A DNA stretch of 64,000 bases from NCBI GenBank assembly GCA_951804945.1, contig OX638156.1:33914001-33978000 (forward strand), written 5' to 3'. The translations under genes were made by a program, and so were the position numbers. The notes under the pieces are model-generated. The model ran no database searches, was not told the DNA's origin, and was given only the letters and a program-made list of their open reading frames with translations. This document shows positions 61,634 to 64,000 of the stretch, piece by piece (the stretch's first letter is position 1; every line of letters begins with the position of its first letter). This DNA comes from Podarcis cretensis (Eukaryota).

Positions 61634-62698
61634 TATTAGTGGAACTTGCTTTGCAAAAAGATATGTACAGTAGACAAGATTGCCGAAGTGTGTATATTAG
61701 ATTTATTTATTTTTAATGAAAACATATGTGGAAATGTGGACAATTTCAGATTGGAAAAGGGAGAAATTGATGGATACTGAAATGGACAAATGTGTCCTTG
61801 CCTAGTTCAACCTGGGAGAGGTAAAAGGTATATGGGGTAAAAGGCAGGGTGGGGGGGTGGGCTTTTGGCTGGCTTGAATATGAGTAATAAGACAGTCGCT
61901 CAAGCCTGCTCCCTTCCTGGATATCTGTATTTCCAGCAGCCATATGCCTGCTGAAGTTATTGGCAAATCTCCCCCTGTTGACTTCTCGTGGGTGGATTTA
62001 TCATTCTTCTCAAGCCCCCTGGTTACCGTAGCAACTGACACTTACACAACCTTTAACTAACATGGCGGGGCACGTGGAAACAGGTACATGTTAATGAAGG
62101 GCGGCCACGGGATTGCTAAAAGATGTGCATATCCATTTGCAACATCTGGGACCTTTCGACAAGGGATTAAATCTCGACAGCTCCAAGGAAAGGCTGCAGA
62201 GGGGGGAGTCAGTGAGGCACACAGAGAGAGGAAGGCTCCTTGCTGCTATTCCAGAAAAGACAGCATCAGATCAGCTGAACCAGGCGTCTGAGCTTCTAGG
62301 GCAGCCCTTTCCCAACCAGAGGCCAGCCAGAAGCGTGGGTGTACAATCATTATCATCATCATTTTTAATTTGTATACCGTCTTTCTATCTTACTATACTC
62401 AAGGCGGATTACAAACTGAAGAAACAAAAAAATGTACATCGTATAACAATCTAATCCCCATCAGTCCCAGTCAGTTGGGACTAATAGGCATTATAGTCCA
62501 ATATATCTGGAGGATGTGAGGTTAGGGGAAGGCTGTCCAAAGGCCTGGTTCAGACATTCATGCCTAAAGCAATGGGAAATGACCCTGGGTCACTTCAGGA
62601 ACACAAGTGTCAGTTGAGGAAAATTTACCACAGTCTGGTGTTGTGGTGGTTCCATCTCCCTTCCCTGGCCCCCTTCGCATGATTTGTAATTGGCCTCC

Positions 62699-62701
<3 letters not shown>

Positions 62702-62755
<54 letters not shown>

Positions 62756-62772
62756 GTGTGTGTGTGTGTGTG
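62702..62772. repeat. Compound (TA)n(TG)n microsatellite
   Basis: Direct reading. Confidence 0.95.
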
Positions 62773-64000
62773 TCAGTTATTTCCAAGCCAAGTTGTAAGC
62801 CAGAGATTTGCATCCTATTTCTGTCCTTATGACATCATCCGGAATGCAGCAAGTGGGTCCGTATGTCAGCAGGATACCCTTTGGCAACCCTAAATCAGGG
62901 GTGGCAAATGAGACTCCAGCTCCCATCAGCTAGAATTTCTAGCATTAATCCAACTTGGGTCAACATTTCTGTGGGTGACTGACAGTTTGCTACATCCATC
63001 AGGAAAGTCTGGGTGTGAAGAAGGTTCACAAGACCATCCAAACCAGGGTGGATAATCGTTTTTTCTATTGAAGGTCACATTCCCTTGGTCGGTAATCTGT
63101 CAGGGGCCAGAGAGTCATAGATAAATGTGGGCCATCCCTTTCTCTCTTTCTTTCTGCACCCGTTCTCACCCCCCCTCTCATGAAATTAGCCTGTGGGACA
63201 GCTGTGACCCCAGATCTGCTTCGGATCTAAACTTTAGATTCTAAAACCACACACCCTGGCATATAATGCCACTCTACTTTTGCTTTATGAACTAACATTG
63301 GAAATTAAAAGATTCTACAAGAGCAGGAAGTGCTCTGGAGCAAGAAAGTTGCCATAAATATTCATGGTAATTAATATACATGAGAGCTGCAAAAGACGCT
63401 GTCTGAGCTTTTCATGGGAGTGTTATCTCTTTTTTTTTGCTCCTTTCCCCACCCGCACCCTGTCGCGAGGCGTTTTATGGGGAAGAAAATACACCCAGCA
63501 GCTTTTTTTCAAAGCAGCTAACCAAAGTGGCTTCTCCTTCTAATGTATGGGAAAATCAGCCTCCCAGCCCCCCCCCCACTGTGGAACACACAGCTTAACC
63601 GCCTGGCCCCATTTATGCAGCGGGCAACGGAACACCTTGAAGCAGTGAACAATGAAAGGCTTTTTCTTTTTCTCAAAAAGGGACCTTCCACAACTATTTC
63701 TCAGGGACACAAAAGCTTTAATTTCTATCCTGAGACACCTCAGCTGTGACTGAATAACTGGTTTCATAGGAAGTGTGACAGCAGGGCAGAGTGATCCCCA
63801 CATACCTCCAGCAGCCTTGCTCTCAGCTACCCCCCATGAGTGTTTCCAGTCCTTCTCCTTCAATGTCCCCTTTGCCGGCGGCTCCCTCCTGGAATTCCAG
63901 GTGTGTGGAACCTCAAGCCTGGAGGCTGAATGCAGCCCTGTGGCCCTTTCTTTCTGGCCCTTGGAACTACCAGAAGCCCCCACATCATGGACCAGGGGTA

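Noticed and set aside
49000-64000. A neighbouring protein-coding gene upstream
   Set aside because: No ORF with recognisable protein similarity or convincing exon structure; small exons could still be missed by eye.

Overview
Vertebrate genomic DNA from a squamate reptile. Full-length Sauria SINEs indicate this, and the repeat mix suggests a lacertid lizard (inference). The window holds the 5' end of ADGRB2 (BAI2, adhesion GPCR B2) on the minus strand. A CpG-island promoter and non-coding first exon lie at about 48.0-48.8 kb (donor CAG|GTAAGG at 48021/48020). A ~45.7 kb first intron leads to the large first coding exon, 1531-2335, with its ATG at 2320, encoding the signal peptide and BAI N-terminal domain. 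The rest of the gene lies left of the window, and about 15 kb of upstream DNA shows no recognisable gene. Almost all other ORFs in the track are chance ORFs or transposon remnants. The non-coding DNA is dense in Sauria and other tRNA-derived SINEs, CR1/L2/L1 LINE 3' ends, Tc1/mariner-type and hAT MITEs, and a solo LTR. I cannot demonstrate a wholly new biological system. The best candidates are: (1) a layered translational-control 5' leader (Met-Ser-stop mini-uORF abutting the start codon, overlapping uORFs, a poly-Ala triplet-repeat uORF and an in-frame GUG); (2) a strand-biased, pre-miRNA-like intronic hairpin; (3) an L1 insertion carrying a locally templated 38-nt 5' patch; (4) an upstream cluster of RE1/REST, CTCF, octamer and CCAAT-rich LTR sites. 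Coordinates of degraded repeats are approximate and family names were assigned by eye.
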